A DNA stretch of 62,333 bases, from contig JBJEVY010000075.1 of assembly GCA_051884775.1 (NCBI GenBank), positions 1-62,333 on the forward strand. The letters run 5' to 3'. The translations under genes were made by a program, and so were the position numbers. Below, piece after piece: positions 35,417-43,717 of the stretch (position 1 is the first letter of the stretch; each line of letters opens with the position of its first letter). Below the pieces are notes generated by a model, which saw nothing but the letters and a program-made list of their open reading frames with translations, was not told the origin of the DNA and ran no database searches. This stretch comes from Candidatus Spyradenecus sp. Lineage in GTDB: Bacteria; Verrucomicrobiota; Kiritimatiellia; RFP12; DVOR01.

Positions 35417-35535
35417 GTTAGCGGTTAGCTGTTAGCTGTTAGCGGTTAGCTGTTAGCGGATAGCTGTTAGCGGATAGCTGTTAGCAGATAGCAGATAGCC
35501 GTTAGCGGATAGCTGTTGGCGGATAGCAGTTAGCG
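35417..35535 (+). repeat. 17 uninterrupted heptads (GTTAGCG/GTTAGCT/GATAGCT) filling the whole intergenic spacer
   Basis: gttagcg gttagct gttagct gttagcg gttagct gttagcg gatagct gttagcg gatagct gttagca gatagca gatagcc gttagcg gatagct gttggcg gatagca gttagcg, with no indel over 119 nt. Confidence 0.95.
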
Positions 35536-36708
35536 CTTGGCGCGAAGGCGCTCGCAGAAGCGGGCGAAGCGGGCGAGGCCTTCCTCGATGTTCTCCATCG
35601 AGCAGGCGTAGCTCAGGCGGACGCAGCGGTCGTTGCCAAAGGCGATGCCCGGCACCACGGCCACGTACTCCTCCTCCAGGAGGCGCGTGGCGAAGGTGAG
35701 CGAATCGAGACCGAAGGAGGCAATGTTCGGGAAGACATAGAAGGCGCCCTCGGGCTTGGGGCACTTGATGCCCTCAATGGCGGAGATGAGCTCGTAGATG
35801 CGGTCGCGCCGCTGGGTGAAGGCGGCGACCATCTTGGCGACGTCCGGCGCGGCCTCCTTGAGCGCAGCCACGGCGCCCCACTGCGCGAAGGTGTTCGGCG
35901 CGGAGGCCATGTGGCTCTGCAGCGAGGAGAGCGCCTTGGCGAAGGGCTTGGGGGCGGCGGCGTAGCCCAGACGCCAGCCGGTCATCGCGAAGGTCTTGGA
36001 GAAGCCGTTGACGGTGATGGTGTGGTCGTAGAAGTCGGGCCCGAAGGAGGCCATCGAGACCTGCGGCACGCCGCCGTAGGCCATCTTCTCGTAGATTTCG
36101 TCGGAGACCATCCACAGGTCGTGCTTCAGGGCCACGGTGCCCAGGGCCTTGAGCTGCTCGGGGCTGTACATCATGCCGGTGGGATTGGAGGGCGAGTTGA
36201 TGACCACGGCCACCGTGCGCGGGGTGATGGCCGCCTCCAGCTGCTCGGGGCTCATCAAGAAGCCGCTCTCCACGCGCGTCTCCACAAAGACCGGCACGCC
36301 GCCGGCCACCTTCACCATCTCGGGATAGGAGAGCCAGAAGGGCGTGGGGATGATGACCTCGTCGCCAGGGTTGATGAGCGTCTGAAAGACCTGCGCGAGC
36401 GCCGGCTTACCGCCATTGGCCACCACCACCTGCGAGGGCTCGTAGTGAACGCCATTCTCGCGCGCCAACTTCTCGCAAATCGCCTCGCGCAATTCGGGCA
36501 GACCCGCGGCCGCCACATAGCGCGTCTTGTTCTGCGCCAGGGCCTCCTCGCACGCGCGCTTAATGCAATCGGGGGTGTTGAAGTCCGGCTCACCGGCGGC
36601 AAAGGCGCAAACAGCCACGCCCTTGGCTTTCAACTCTGCGGCCTTGCTGGAAATGGCCAACGTGGCAGACGGCGCAATGGCCGCGACAGTCCTATTCAAG
36701 TCCTTCAT
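35530..36708 (-). CDS. Class I pyridoxal-phosphate-dependent (aspartate-type) aminotransferase
   Basis: AAGEPDF, NSPSNPTG and FSKTFAMTGWRLGY (PLP-lysine) motifs. The start is MKDLNRT at 36708. The 666-aa ORF extension is repeat DNA. Confidence 0.9.
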   Translation of the reverse strand: MKDLNRTVAAIAPSATLAISSKAAELKAKGVAVCAFAAGEPDFNTPDCIKRACEEALAQNKTRYVAAAGLPELREAICEKLARENGVHYEPSQVVVANGGKPALAQVFQTLINPGDEVIIPTPFWLSYPEMVKVAGGVPVFVETRVESGFLMSPEQLEAAITPRTVAVVINSPSNPTGMMYSPEQLKALGTVALKHDLWMVSDEIYEKMAYGGVPQVSMASFGPDFYDHTITVNGFSKTFAMTGWRLGYAAAPKPFAKALSSLQSHMASAPNTFAQWGAVAALKEAAPDVAKMVAAFTQRRDRIYELISAIEGIKCPKPEGAFYVFPNIASFGLDSLTFATRLLEEEYVAVVPGIAFGNDRCVRLSYACSMENIEEGLARFARFCERLRAKR

Positions 36709-36771
36709 CTGCTCAATCCTTCTCTCAATCGAAGTCGCACTTGCAAGAGGCTCTTTCCCTCTTTCGTGCGC

Positions 36772-36780
36772 ATTGTAGCA
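36772..36780 (-). promoter_or_regulatory. Candidate extended -10 (TGCTACAAT) for the aminotransferase gene
   Basis: Minus strand reads ..GGGGCGCGCAGCGCCCC..gttgTGCTACAATgcgc, about 60 nt upstream of the ATG. AGAAGGA SD nearer the start. Confidence 0.5.
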
Positions 36781-36802
36781 CAACTGCGCGCGCCGCGCGC
36801 AG

Positions 36803-37105
36803 AAGGGGCGCTGCGCGCCCCGTGAACGGTGAACGGTGAACGGTGAACGGTGAACGGTGAGAGGTGAGAGGTGAACGGTGAGGTGCTCGCTACGCTCGCG
36901 TGAGGTGCCGTTGCGCGGCGTGAGGGTGGCGGCTATGCCGCCGTGAGGGGCGGCCTGGCGGGCCGTTGGGTGCGCCCCAGCGCCCCCGGATTTCCCGGAT
37001 TTTCCGGACTTTCCGGACTTTCCGGGTCCCTGCGTGCCTTCCCCACCCTGCGCAACCTTTACCCTTTTTGACATAGCTCCTTCGCTTCGCTCGGACTTGT
37101 GCTTC
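36803..37105 (+). repeat. Composite intergenic cassette, copy 2
   Basis: Nine heptads at 36822-36885 (GTGAACG x5, GTGAGAG x2 ...). 36877-36961 is near-identical to 11687-11771. A 9-nt repeat ccggayttt x5 lies at 36986-37029. 37061-37105 matches 11826-11870. A short family-A remnant spans 37095-37150. Confidence 0.85.
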
Positions 37106-37159
37106 TTTGCGTGTCTTTGCGCTTCTTTGTGGTTGCTCATCCTGCGTGCCTTTGCGGCA

Positions 37160-39217
37160 TTAGCGCTGGGCGAGGAGGGCGGTGGCGCGGGCGAGTTCGG
37201 GGTCGGAGCCGACGAGGACAAGGCTGTCGCCGGCGGCGAGGCGGGTGTCGCGGCCGGGGGAGACATTGAGCTTGCCGCCGCGGGCGGTGACGGAGATGAC
37301 GGCCGCGCCGGTGGTGCCGCGTAGGTTGAGTTCGCCGAGGGTTTTGCCGACCGCGGCGCTCTCGCGCGGGAGGAGGAAGGTCTCGGTGTGGACGGCGAGG
37401 ATGGCGCCGAGGGTGACAGGATCTTCCGGCGGCAGGGCATTGAGGTCGAAGGCTTGGGAGAGGAGGTTGTGCGAGGCGTTGTATTCGGCGCGCAGGCGCT
37501 TGGAGTGGCGCGTACCGAAGGCCAAGGCAAAGAGGACCAGCGGGGCGAGCAGCAGGAAGTTGCTCACAAAGCCCGAACAGAGGATGGCGGCATAGACGAT
37601 GATGCCCGCCCAACCGATCGCGCGCAGGATGGTGCGGATAAAGCGGCGCACGCGCGTGAGGCCGCTCACCTCGCCGGCAAAGGCGTCTTCAGCCACATGG
37701 CGGGCGATCTCGGCCCAGGTGTGCCAAGCGGCCCAGAAGACGGGCGTGGTGATGAGGAGCGCGCCCAGGCAGCAGAGGAGGCGGCCGGCCGGAAAACCGG
37801 GCCAGGGGAGCGCATCATCGAGTTGCGCGAGGAAGGTGGCCACGGGGCGCAACCGCGAGAGGGCGTGGACGCCGGCAAAGAGGATGGCGCAGCACGCGAG
37901 GTCGATGCCCAGGAAGATGGCATGGCCGCGCAGGTGCGCGGCGAGGGAGGAGCCGGACTCGGTGCGGCGCGCGGAGAGGGCGGTGAGCCAGCGGCGATAC
38001 CAGTGGAAGGTCTCGCGGGCGCGCGGACCAAAACAGCGGGCGAGGCCATTGTAGAGGCGGTCGGAGCCGCGCAGGAGGTAGGGGTTGGTGGCGGTGCAGA
38101 GGAGCGCCACGCCGATGGCGATTTGGTAGAGCGGGCGCTGCGAGAGCCCCTGGGCCATCGCCAGGGCGGCAATGATGAAGGAGAACTCGGCCACTTGGCC
38201 CATCCCCAGCCCCACCTTGAAGGCATCGCGCGGACGCTCGCCCACCAGGGTGCAGGCCACGGTGTTATTCACGGCCTTAAGCAGAATCATCACCCCGGTA
38301 ATCAGCAGAATGACCCCGGCATTCTCCCAAAGCACGCGCGGCTGGAGTTGCAAGCCCACCGAGACAAAGAAGACCGCCGCAAAGAGGTTGGTGACCGGAT
38401 GGACAATCCGCTCGATCCGCCGCCGGGCGCGCGCCTCGGCCACCACCGCCCCGGCCAGGAATGCCCCCACCACCAGCGAGAGCCCCAACCCATTCTGCGC
38501 CAGGCACGCGATGGCAAAGCAGACGCCCAGGGCCGCCAGCAGCACCAGTTCGTCATCGAAGCGCTCGGCCGCCCAATTCATCAGCCGCGGCACCAGGAGC
38601 AATCCAAAGACGATTGCCCCCACCAAAAAGAGCAAGAGCACGCCAATCTGCCGAGCCACCGTCAGCACGGTGGCCCAGGCCGCCCCCTCCCCGCCGCCGC
38701 CCACGCCGCCCAGTACCGCGATGAGCAAGATGGCCAAAATATCCTCAATCAGCGCAATGGCGAAGGTGCTATCCGAGAAGCGCTTGCCCAGCCAACCGAG
38801 GCTCTCAAGGGTCTTCGCAGCGATGGAGGTGGAGCTGTCGCACAAAATCAGCCCCAACAGGAAGCCCTCCAGGTTCCCCCACCCCAACGCCTTGCCCAGG
38901 CAAAAGCCGCCGAGCACCATAAAGGCCACATCCCAAATCGCCGGGAAGACGACCCCCGCGCCCATCTGCCGCACCTTACGGAAGGAGAAGCCCAGGCCAA
39001 TGGAGAACATCAGGAACATCACACCCAGATCCGAGAGCATCCGGATGTTCTGCTCATTCTGAATGAGTGCCGGTCCGGCGTGGGGCCCGGCCAACACCCC
39101 GGCCAGAATGTACCCCACCGTCAGCGGCAGACGAAAGCGCGAAAAGAGCAGCCCCACCGCCGCCGCTACCGCAATCACAATGCTCAAATCCGCGAAAAAG
39201 AGTGTGGCGCTATCCAT
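37160..39217 (-). CDS. Cation:proton antiporter (CPA2/Kef-like) with extra membrane domain and C-terminal TrkA-C (RCK_C) domain
   Basis: Na+/H+ exchanger-type N-terminus (LPLTVGYILAGVLAGPH). C-terminus is GKTLGELNLRGTTGAAVISV...GDSLVLVG. GAGGA SD before the ATG at 39217. Confidence 0.8.
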   Translation of the reverse strand: MDSATLFFADLSIVIAVAAAVGLLFSRFRLPLTVGYILAGVLAGPHAGPALIQNEQNIRMLSDLGVMFLMFSIGLGFSFRKVRQMGAGVVFPAIWDVAFMVLGGFCLGKALGWGNLEGFLLGLILCDSSTSIAAKTLESLGWLGKRFSDSTFAIALIEDILAILLIAVLGGVGGGGEGAAWATVLTVARQIGVLLLFLVGAIVFGLLLVPRLMNWAAERFDDELVLLAALGVCFAIACLAQNGLGLSLVVGAFLAGAVVAEARARRRIERIVHPVTNLFAAVFFVSVGLQLQPRVLWENAGVILLITGVMILLKAVNNTVACTLVGERPRDAFKVGLGMGQVAEFSFIIAALAMAQGLSQRPLYQIAIGVALLCTATNPYLLRGSDRLYNGLARCFGPRARETFHWYRRWLTALSARRTESGSSLAAHLRGHAIFLGIDLACCAILFAGVHALSRLRPVATFLAQLDDALPWPGFPAGRLLCCLGALLITTPVFWAAWHTWAEIARHVAEDAFAGEVSGLTRVRRFIRTILRAIGWAGIIVYAAILCSGFVSNFLLLAPLVLFALAFGTRHSKRLRAEYNASHNLLSQAFDLNALPPEDPVTLGAILAVHTETFLLPRESAAVGKTLGELNLRGTTGAAVISVTARGGKLNVSPGRDTRLAAGDSLVLVGSDPELARATALLAQR

Positions 39218-39247
39218 AGTTCATCCTCTAAGCTCGCTACGCTCGCA

Positions 39248-39459
39248 GCGGACAGCCGACAGCTGACAGCTGACAGCGCTGGCGCTCGATGTGCTTAACC
39301 CGTCTGAGCCGTTTGAGATTGAGCGGACAGCGGACAGCTGACAGCGCGCACTGCGTGCGACGGGCGGGCTCTTGGTCTGTGAAATGTGGTTTCATCGTTT
39401 CTTCCGTTTGCTTATCCGTCGCGCAAGCGGCTGTCCGCTGTCGGCTGTCCGCTGTCGGC
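39248..39459. repeat. GCGGACA/GCTGACA heptad arrays in direct (39248-39278, 39323-39346) and inverted (39427-39459) orientation around a conserved core
   Basis: The core shares cccgtctgagccg (39299-39311) and flanks with 2075-2156. 39323-39346 pairs with 39427-39459 over 21 bp with 1 mismatch. GCTCGCTACGCTCGC lies at 39232-39246. Confidence 0.85.
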
Positions 39460-39519
39460 TTGCTTCATTTGCTTCCCTCGCCGCCATTCCTTGCCTCGGG
39501 CGCAACGCCGGCGTCCCCC

Positions 39520-40278
39520 TCACCACGGCAAATCAAGGTCCAGGAACTCCACCTCCAGGCCCGTCTGCTCGGAAAGCCAAGCGCCCAGGGCGCGCACGCC
39601 AAAGCGCTCGGTGGCATAGTGCCCGGCAAAGAGCGCATTCGCGCCCCACTGCTTGGCCAAATTGTAGGCCACCAAGTTCGCCTCGCCACAGAGGTAGACA
39701 TCCAACCCCTCGCGCGCGGCCTCCTCGACCCCCTCGGGCGCGCCCCCCGAGCAAATCCCCACCGTCCGAATCTCCTCGGGGCCGTAGTCAAAGCGCACCA
39801 CCTGCCGCGGCTTGACCACCGCACGCACCGCCGCTTCAAACGCCGCTCGCGTCATCGCCTGGGGCAAGCGCCCGGCAAAGCCAATCTGCTGCCCGTGATA
39901 GGTCATAAACGGCCGCAACTCCGTCAGCCCCAAGGCCTGCGCCAACTGCGCATTATTCCCCAGGCGCGGATGCGCATCCAGCGGCAAGTGCGCGGCATAG
40001 ACCGCGAGATTGTGCGAAAGCAGGTAGGCCAGCAACTTGCGATTGAGCCCGGTGACGCGCGCCAAGCTCCCGTGCCACGAGAGCCCGTGGTGCACCAAGA
40101 GCATCTGCGCGCCGGCGGCCACCGCCGCCTCAAAGGTCTCCAGCGAAGCATCGACCGCCGTTGCCACCTTCCGCACCGGCCCCACGCCAGCCACCTGCAG
40201 GCCATTATCCGAAACATCCCGGAAGGCCCCCAGGCGCAGCTCGCCATCCAGCAACGCCGCAATCGCCTCGGAATCCAT
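39520..40278 (-). CDS. Nif3-like dinuclear metal centre protein (YbgI family)
   Basis: MLLVHHGLSWHG and VYAAHLPLDAH motifs; 252 aa. Confidence 0.85.
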   Translation of the reverse strand: MDSEAIAALLDGELRLGAFRDVSDNGLQVAGVGPVRKVATAVDASLETFEAAVAAGAQMLLVHHGLSWHGSLARVTGLNRKLLAYLLSHNLAVYAAHLPLDAHPRLGNNAQLAQALGLTELRPFMTYHGQQIGFAGRLPQAMTRAAFEAAVRAVVKPRQVVRFDYGPEEIRTVGICSGGAPEGVEEAAREGLDVYLCGEANLVAYNLAKQWGANALFAGHYATERFGVRALGAWLSEQTGLEVEFLDLDLPW

Positions 40279-40287
40279 CGCCGCTCC

Positions 40288-41481
40288 TTAGCTCAAAAGT
40301 TCCACCTTCGGCACGCGGAAGGGCACCCACTTGACCACCGCGTCATCCGAGAGCGGCGTCAAGCTGCGCGCGGCCAAGTCGTTGAAGGTGGCCACGCGCA
40401 GCGCGGCATCCACCTCCACGCACTGGCTCTCATACGCCTTCCCGGCGCGTGCCGCCAAAATCTGCCCGGCAAAGTCACGATACGCCGCGGCCAACGCGGC
40501 AATGTAAGCGGCATCCTCGCCATAGGGCTCGCCAAAGCGCGTGGGGCTCTGCGTCGGCACCGGCGCGCCCTCGACCACATGCTCCACGCACTCGCCCGCC
40601 GCCGAGATAAAGCGCCAACGGTTCCCCGTCCCCTGCTGCCAATAGACGCTTCCCTTGTCGCCATAAATCGCCAGCTCCAGGCCATTCGCCTCGCCCAACG
40701 CAATCTGGCTCACCGCCACCATCCCCATCGCGCCATTCTCAAAGCGCAGCAGCACCGTGGCATCGTCATCCAACAGCCGCCCGGCCACCGCAGGGTGACC
40801 CGCCGCGCACAACGCCGCCAACTCCACCCCGCTCGCCCACTCTGCCACCAACGCGCACGAGCCGGCCAAGTCGTAAATTGCCCCCGCCGCCCCGCACCGC
40901 CGCGGATCCACCCGCCACAGCGCCGAACGGTTCCCAGCCGTCTCCAACCGCACCCCCATCCACCCGTGATAGAAGCGCGTATCGACCCGCCGCACATTCC
41001 CAATCTCCCCCGCCGCCACACACGCCCGCAGCGCCTGCAACGCCGGATAGAAGGGGAAGACATAGGCCGTGGCGTAAATCTCCGGACTCATCAACGTCCG
41101 CCGCTTCAGATTCTGCGCCTCATCCATATTGCAGCTCATCGGCTTCTCGGAAAAGACCGGGAAGCCTGCGTCAAAGGCCGCCATTGTCACTGGATAATGC
41201 ATATTGTTCGGCGCCACCACCGTGATGAAGTCCAGCCGATCCGGCCCCTCCACCTTCGACTCCCGCCGGAACATATCACGATAGACCCCGTAGACCCGAT
41301 GCGGATCCACGCCCAACCGCTTCCCCGTCTCAAACGACCGCTGCCGCGTTGACCCAAACGCTCCGCCTACCAATTCCACACACCCACTCGCCTCAATAGC
41401 CGCCCGGTGAATGTGCCCCATAAAGGACTCATTCCCGCCGCCGACCATCGCGACCTTCAACTTTGCCTCTTGCTTCGTCAT
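40288..41481 (-). CDS. Gfo/Idh/MocA family oxidoreductase
   Basis: Rossmann KVAMVGGG and VFSEKPMS motif. The ATG at 41481 has a GAGGTG SD. Confidence 0.8.
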   Translation of the reverse strand: MTKQEAKLKVAMVGGGNESFMGHIHRAAIEASGCVELVGGAFGSTRQRSFETGKRLGVDPHRVYGVYRDMFRRESKVEGPDRLDFITVVAPNNMHYPVTMAAFDAGFPVFSEKPMSCNMDEAQNLKRRTLMSPEIYATAYVFPFYPALQALRACVAAGEIGNVRRVDTRFYHGWMGVRLETAGNRSALWRVDPRRCGAAGAIYDLAGSCALVAEWASGVELAALCAAGHPAVAGRLLDDDATVLLRFENGAMGMVAVSQIALGEANGLELAIYGDKGSVYWQQGTGNRWRFISAAGECVEHVVEGAPVPTQSPTRFGEPYGEDAAYIAALAAAYRDFAGQILAARAGKAYESQCVEVDAALRVATFNDLAARSLTPLSDDAVVKWVPFRVPKVELLS

Positions 41482-41537
41482 ACTCACCTCAAGGCTCCTG
41501 CCTACTCATATAGCCAACACTCATCAATTCATTGCAT

Positions 41538-41566
41538 ATATTACCGCATCAATGGCAAAAAGGCAA
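41538..41566 (-). promoter_or_regulatory. Candidate sigma70-type promoter (TTGCCT-17 nt-TAATAT) for the oxidoreductase/Nif3 operon
   Basis: -35 at 41561-41566 and -10 at 41538-41543 (minus strand), directly downstream of heptad array 41576-41629. Confidence 0.45.
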
Positions 41567-41575
41567 CTCCCTGAA

Positions 41576-41629
41576 GCGACAGCGGACAGCCGACAGCAGA
41601 CAGCGGACAGCGGACAGTGGACAGCAGAC
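41576..41629 (+). repeat. Heptad array, 7.5 units of NNGACAG
   Basis: gcgacag cggacag ccgacag cagacag cggacag cggacag tggacag cagac. Confidence 0.9.
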
Positions 41630-41630
41630 T

Positions 41631-41666
41631 GCCAAAACAAACGCGGACCGGTTCACCCGGCCCGCG
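41631..41666 (-). terminator. Rho-independent terminator of the PEP-CTERM gene
   Basis: Minus strand reads CGCGGGCCGGGTGAACCGGTCCGCG followed by TTTGTTTT. Confidence 0.7.
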
Positions 41667-41693
41667 CTCGCGTAAGGATCTATCCGCCAATCG

Positions 41694-42272
41694 TTAAGCC
41701 CGGCGGCGCAACGCCAACCCAGCCACGCCCAGCGCCAACAGCGCCAATGCCGTCGGCTCAGGCACCGTTGTGTGGTTGACCGTATCCTTGGCCCATTCGA
41801 GCGTTGTACCCGTAAGGTCGACGGTTTTATCTGCCTCAAGCCCCCACACCGTCAGCAAGGCATAACCAGCACTCGAACTCCCCAAGTTCCACTTGTTGAA
41901 GAGAACGAAGGTGACCGTATCGCCCGTCAAATCGAAGGTCGTCGAGAAATCCGCGAGCGTGACCGGCGCATCTGCTCCCAGATCCCCATAGGTGTTGGAA
42001 TCCTTCACATTCACCTGCGCCAGTGCGCCAAGCGAGGAATCCAACGTCACCGTCGTGTTACCACTATCAACCGAAATCGCAGAATTCAGCGTCTCGCGCG
42101 TCAAGGAGCTACCATCACCGGCAACAAGAAACAGGCCGCAGTATCCCGGCCCATACCCCGGAGTGCCGCTGTTGTTCGGACCACCGAGCGTCAAGTTACT
42201 CCATGTAATTGTAATTGCCTGGAGCGAAAGGGTTGCACACGCAACCGCAAACAGCAAAACAAGCTTCTTCAT
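41694..42272 (-). CDS. PEP-CTERM sorting-signal protein (secreted/surface)
   Basis: Signal peptide MKKLVLLFAVACATLSLQA and C-terminal VPEPTALALLALGVAGLALRRRA. GAGAGG SD lies 7 nt before the ATG. Confidence 0.85.
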   Translation of the reverse strand: MKKLVLLFAVACATLSLQAITITWSNLTLGGPNNSGTPGYGPGYCGLFLVAGDGSSLTRETLNSAISVDSGNTTVTLDSSLGALAQVNVKDSNTYGDLGADAPVTLADFSTTFDLTGDTVTFVLFNKWNLGSSSAGYALLTVWGLEADKTVDLTGTTLEWAKDTVNHTTVPEPTALALLALGVAGLALRRRA

Positions 42273-42346
42273 CGCATGTCCTCTCTTCAAGATGAAAGAG
42301 CTTCTGACGACCGCCGCCAAGAGAACTCCTCAAAAAGAACGCCACT

Positions 42347-42375
42347 AGTATACATCCCCCCCCCCATCAAGTCAA
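42347..42375 (-). promoter_or_regulatory. sigma70-type promoter TTGACT-17 nt-TATACT whose spacer contains a G10 (C10 on plus strand) tract
   Basis: -35 at 42370-42375 and -10 at 42347-42352. The spacer is tgat + G10 (42356-42365) + atg = 17 nt. Confidence 0.6.
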
Positions 42376-42405
42376 GCCCCATATTTTTCCTTGTTTGCCC
42401 CACGA

Positions 42406-42493
42406 GCCAACCTCGGGCGGGTGCGCGGCCAACCTCGGGCGGGTGCGTGGCCAACCTCGGGCGGGTGCGCGGCCAACCTCGGGCGGGTGCGTG
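42406..42493 (+). repeat. 22-bp tandem repeat x4 (GCCAACCTCGGGCGGGTGCGYG)
   Basis: Units start at 42406, 42428, 42450 and 42472. On the minus strand they lie about 30-120 nt upstream of the PEP-CTERM -35. Confidence 0.9.
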
Positions 42494-42646
42494 GCCATTG
42501 GAGGGGCCGGGGGTGCCGGGCGGGTTTTCTCGGGGTGCGGGGGCGTTGCCCCCCGCGCAGGTGCGTGCCGGGGGTTTAGGGGCAGGGCCCCCAACGGCCT
42601 GGGCGGCGAGGCGCGTAAGCGCATCGCCGCGCGGTGTGCTGGCGAG

Positions 42647-42691
42647 GAGGTGAACGGTGAACAGTGAACGGAGAACGGTAAACAGCGGAGG
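42647..42691 (+). repeat. Degenerate heptad array (GTGAACG/GTGAACA/GAGAACG)
   Basis: gaggtgaacggtgaacagtgaacggagaacggtaaacagcggagg. Confidence 0.7.
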
Positions 42692-42715
42692 TGCCCAACG
42701 GGCGCCTCCGCGCGG

Positions 42716-43708
42716 TTAGCGCTGGGCGCTGGCGAGCCAATGGGGCATCGGGGGCGGAATGGGGGCGCAGGAGAAGTGGGAGAGGCCAGCCTGCTGCATC
42801 CAGCCCTCGAGCTCCTGGGCGGAGAAGACCCAGCCGTGGTCGGTGGTCAGGGCCATATTCAGGGCGAAGAGGGCGGAGAAGGGAGGCGTGGTGTGGTCGG
42901 GGCCAGTCATCATATCGAGCACATAGAGGCGGCCGCCGGGACGGAGGGCGGCGGCGGCGCGGCGGAGGATATCGACAATCTGCTCGGGGGATTCCTGATG
43001 GAGGCAACCGAAGAGGGTGACCACATCATAGGCGGCTGCGGGGTAAGTATCCTGATGGTAGTCGCCGGCGTGGCAGGTAATCCGATCGGCGCAAGGGGCG
43101 GTGATTTCGCGGGCGACCTCGGCGATGGCGGGCAGGTCGTAGGTATCGACCGTGCAGGTAGGGTCGGCTTGAGCCATCAGCAGGGCGTAGGTGCCCGGGC
43201 CGCCGGCGAGATCGAGAATCCGCGCGCCGGCAGGCAGCGCGAGGGCGGGGATGACAGCGCGGCCGATGCCCAGGGCGCGCCCGTGCATCGAGAGGGCGAA
43301 GGTGCGGGTGCGCTCGCGGTCGGAGCCCAGATGGAGGGCGGGAGCCTCGACAGGGCGACCGGTACGGGCGAGGGTGGCCAGGCGGCCCCAGGCGGGGTAG
43401 ACATCGCGGTTATAGGCGATCGCGCGGGTGAGATCGTGCGGAGCGCCGCGGACGAGACTGGCGGCGGAGGCCTCGGTCAGCGCAAAACGATCGCCAGACT
43501 TCGTGAGCAGGCCCACCGCCACCGCGCCATTGAGGAGGAGTTCCAGACCCCGCGGGTCGGCGCCGAGCTCGGCGGCGAGGGCGGGGGCGGTGGGGTCGGC
43601 CGCGCGGGAGAGGGCGGTAAAGAGGTCGAGCTCCAGGGCGGCGAAGAGGACGGCCGAGCCGTAGTAGGCGCTGGCGAGAGAGACGATTTCGGGGAGTTGC
43701 AGGGGCAT
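42716..43708 (-). CDS. SAM-dependent O-methyltransferase (family 2 type)
   Basis: SAM-binding ILDLAGGPGTYA and an N-terminal helical dimerisation-like segment; 330 aa. Confidence 0.75.
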   Translation of the reverse strand: MPLQLPEIVSLASAYYGSAVLFAALELDLFTALSRAADPTAPALAAELGADPRGLELLLNGAVAVGLLTKSGDRFALTEASAASLVRGAPHDLTRAIAYNRDVYPAWGRLATLARTGRPVEAPALHLGSDRERTRTFALSMHGRALGIGRAVIPALALPAGARILDLAGGPGTYALLMAQADPTCTVDTYDLPAIAEVAREITAPCADRITCHAGDYHQDTYPAAAYDVVTLFGCLHQESPEQIVDILRRAAAALRPGGRLYVLDMMTGPDHTTPPFSALFALNMALTTDHGWVFSAQELEGWMQQAGLSHFSCAPIPPPMPHWLASAQR

Positions 43709-43717
43709 AGGCTTTCC

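Noticed and set aside
35530-37530. N-terminally extended ORFs suggesting fusion proteins: 666-aa aminotransferase, 415-aa Prs, 404-aa HisF, 429-aa Rpe, 522-aa MATE and 573-aa AAA-ATPase
   Set aside because: The extensions are translated repeat, tRNA or upstream-gene sequence. Conserved N-termini with SD plus ATG are found internally. Starts were set at those positions.
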